Source: Candidatus Krumholzibacteriia bacterium (GTDB taxonomy: Bacteria > Krumholzibacteriota > Krumholzibacteriia > WVZY01). From it: DNA of 10,049 bases. Positions 8,536 to 10,049 of the stretch are shown here, piece after piece; positions within the stretch are counted from its first letter, which is position 1; the number at the start of each line of letters is the position of its first letter. The position numbers and the translations under genes were made by a program. Below the pieces are notes generated by a model, which saw only the letters and a list, made by a program, of their open reading frames with translations, was not told the origin of the DNA and ran no database searches. The stretch is taken from assembly GCA_036478295.1 (NCBI GenBank), contig JAZGDW010000255.1:1-10049 (forward strand), read 5' to 3'.

Positions 8536-9441
8536 TTATCCAATCCGTTCTGAATCGCCCATGACTTCCCAGGTCGATTTGACCTGGCGCTCGTAGATCT
8601 CGTGATTGACGCTCTTTCTCTTGCCGCGAAGCCATACACCGCCGAAGACTCCCATGAGCAGCATGGCCCCACCGAGGCCCGACAGCAGGAGCCGCAGGCT
8701 GTAGTGTGGACCGCGCCCCGAGGCCTCGTCGCCGTCGACATGCTGCAAAAAGGCGGTGAGATCGAACACCTCCTGGTCGGTCAGCGGTGTGCCGTCAAAC
8801 GCCTTGCTCATCGCCGGAAAGGGCGCAGTAGCAATAATCGCCTTAACGCCCGCCCACCCCAACCTGCTGTGAGCGTTGGTCACGTCCTTCGCCAGCGCGC
8901 CGCCCGCGATGACATCCGAGCGGTCGACGTTGTGGCAAGAAATGCACGTTGGCCCGCCGTTTTCGAAACGTGTTTTTCCTGTGAAGAGTGCCCGCCCGGA
9001 GTTCACGTTCTCCGTTGTGACCTCCGGTGGTGACACCGCCGCGGTGCCCGCAACGGGGCCCCCATCCGGTGCATCCTGCGGGCTGTTCGCGGCGACATAC
9101 TCGATGATGCTCAGGATCTGCGCGTCGTTGTAAGCGTTGTCCGGCATGATGACCTTGTTGAACTGCTCGAACAGCTGAACGGCGTACGGGTCACCACTTT
9201 TTATGACGGCCTGCGAAGACTTGATGTACTTGAGGAGCCATTCCTGCGGTCGTCTCTTGTGTACGTCTGCCAGATCAGGGCCGATGAGCTTGCCGCCGCC
9301 TACGGTATGGCAGGCCACACAAATAGTCTTGAACAGCCTCTCCCCTTCATCCGCCTGGGCACCTGCTCCCGAAGCAAACAGCAGCGTCACACAGTGGAAA
9401 ATCAGGGTCAGTACAAGGAACCGTTTCGACAGGTTTTTCAT
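8536..9441 (-). CDS. narC: Membrane-anchored periplasmic diheme cytochrome c (NarC-like), 301 aa
   Basis: Sec-type signal (MKNLSKR, hydrophobic core, AGA/QA); CVACH (9307-9321) and CISCH (8932-8946); candidate distal Met99 and Met211; C-terminal TM (aa ~251-271) followed by RGKRK. ATG at 9441 with a GAGG SD overlapping the rrf2 stop. The symbol is assigned from architecture and position before narG. Confidence 0.85.
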   Translation of the reverse strand: MKNLSKRFLVLTLIFHCVTLLFASGAGAQADEGERLFKTICVACHTVGGGKLIGPDLADVHKRRPQEWLLKYIKSSQAVIKSGDPYAVQLFEQFNKVIMPDNAYNDAQILSIIEYVAANSPQDAPDGGPVAGTAAVSPPEVTTENVNSGRALFTGKTRFENGGPTCISCHNVDRSDVIAGGALAKDVTNAHSRLGWAGVKAIIATAPFPAMSKAFDGTPLTDQEVFDLTAFLQHVDGDEASGRGPHYSLRLLLSGLGGAMLLMGVFGGVWLRGKRKSVNHEIYERQVKSTWEVMGDSERIG

Positions 9442-9448
9442 AGTGGCC

Positions 9449-9886
9449 TCACGTTGAAAGGCGAACGTCATTCTCCTGGATATTGTGCCCCAAGGATTCC
9501 AGGTTCGTTGTTTCAAACATCGATTGAATTTGATCCCGCGTCCCGCCCCAGAAGGCGTGTAGCGGGCATGGCTTTTCGTCTCCACACCCCGGCAACCCCA
9601 AAATGCATTCCTTGAGACAACTATCCGGCTCGATGGCGGCTATCATGTCCATCAGTGTGATTTCACGAGCAGGTCTGGCCAGTGAAACACCGCCGTTGGG
9701 ACCGCGGTACGAGGTCATGATTTTGTGGTGGGTCAGCACCTGCAGGATCTTGGTGAGGAAATGAAACGAAATGTCGAGCTTGTCGGAAATCTCGCGGATG
9801 GGAACGTACTTTCTTTCCTGCTCGCGCGACGCGATGAACAGGGCCGCCCGTATGCCGTACATGCTTGATTTGGATAGTAGTCTCAT
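9449..9886 (-). CDS. Rrf2-family transcriptional regulator, probably Fe-S binding, 145 aa
   Basis: Rrf2 winged-HTH signatures YGIRA, FLTKILQVL, SYRGPNGGVSLARPAREITL; C-terminal C90, C94-x6-C101-x5-C107-x2-H110. Confidence 0.93.
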   Translation of the reverse strand: MRLLSKSSMYGIRAALFIASREQERKYVPIREISDKLDISFHFLTKILQVLTHHKIMTSYRGPNGGVSLARPAREITLMDMIAAIEPDSCLKECILGLPGCGDEKPCPLHAFWGGTRDQIQSMFETTNLESLGHNIQENDVRLST

Positions 9887-9954
9887 AAGGTTTTCATTTT
9901 TAAGAGTACTTTATCGGAAATTACCCCCGACCATCCGATTCGTAAAGGTGTAAA

Positions 9955-9974
9955 AACTTGATTTTTATCAAGTT
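9955..9974. promoter_or_regulatory. FNR/CRP-family binding site 1 (perfect consensus)
   Basis: AAC-TTGAT-TTTT-ATCAA-GTT: the core at 9958-9971 is the exact FNR consensus, with palindromic arms extended to 8 bp. It lies about 70 nt upstream of the rrf2-nar operon. Confidence 0.9.
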
Positions 9975-9992
9975 ATGGAATCTGACCAGAAA

Positions 9993-10006
9993 TTGATTTT
10001 AGTCAA
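9993..10006. promoter_or_regulatory. FNR/CRP-family binding site 2 (9/10 match)
   Basis: TTGAT-TTTA-GTCAA (TTGAC-TAAA-ATCAA on the minus strand), centred 35 bp from site 1. Confidence 0.75.
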
Positions 10007-10049
10007 GTTTCGTTCCATCACAAAGATGGCTTCGGTCAAGGACGGTGGT

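Noticed and set aside
8534..8635. N-terminal extension of NarG in the ORF track (MASRQEK...) as a possible signal peptide
   Set aside because: It overlaps the narC coding sequence and has no twin-arginine motif or hydrophobic core; the ATG at 8533 directly follows the narC stop.
9442..9585. 48-aa N-terminal extension of the cytochrome c ORF
   Set aside because: It overlaps rrf2; the SD and signal peptide both point to the ATG at 9441.
9901..9930. NarL heptamer-like words (TACTCTT, TACTTTA, TACCCCC)
   Set aside because: Each mismatches TACYYMT and none forms a 7-2-7 inverted pair.
9918..9946. Alternative sigma70 promoter TTTACG-N17-TAATTT on the minus strand
   Set aside because: Plausible spacing, but it would put the FNR boxes at non-canonical -53.5 and -88.5. 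It cannot be supported without start-site data.
10015..10029. Short inverted repeat CCATC-ACAAA-GATGG
   Set aside because: Only 5-bp arms, expected by chance, and the context is cut off by the window edge.

Overview
The window holds a complete minus-strand respiratory nitrate reductase cluster in the order rrf2-narC-narG-narH-narJ-narI-(309 bp spacer)-narK, followed by the probable start of another gene at the left edge. The core enzyme is a cytoplasm-facing NarGHI with no Tat signal and intact Mo-Asp, FS0, FS1-4 and heme b ligands. It is of the four-subunit type, with a membrane-anchored periplasmic diheme cytochrome c like Thermus NarC. Upstream are two FNR/CRP-family boxes 35 bp apart, one a perfect TTGAT-N4-ATCAA, and the first gene is an Fe-S-type Rrf2 regulator. 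The most unusual features are: (1) an 87-aa beta-rich, barrel-sandwich-hybrid-like insert in the outward-facing TM9-TM10 loop of the NarK1-type transporter; (2) a first NarC heme domain that resembles, from recollection, the monoheme domain of alternative complex III ActA, on a Pro/Ala linker; (3) a NarG lacking the E. coli-type N-terminal NarJ-binding peptide; (4) a narI-narK spacer with a GC step, a degenerate FNR box, an SD-led 27-codon ORF and two hairpins. No mobile elements, RNA genes or CRISPR arrays were seen. All homology statements come from motif recognition and recalled sequences, not database searches.
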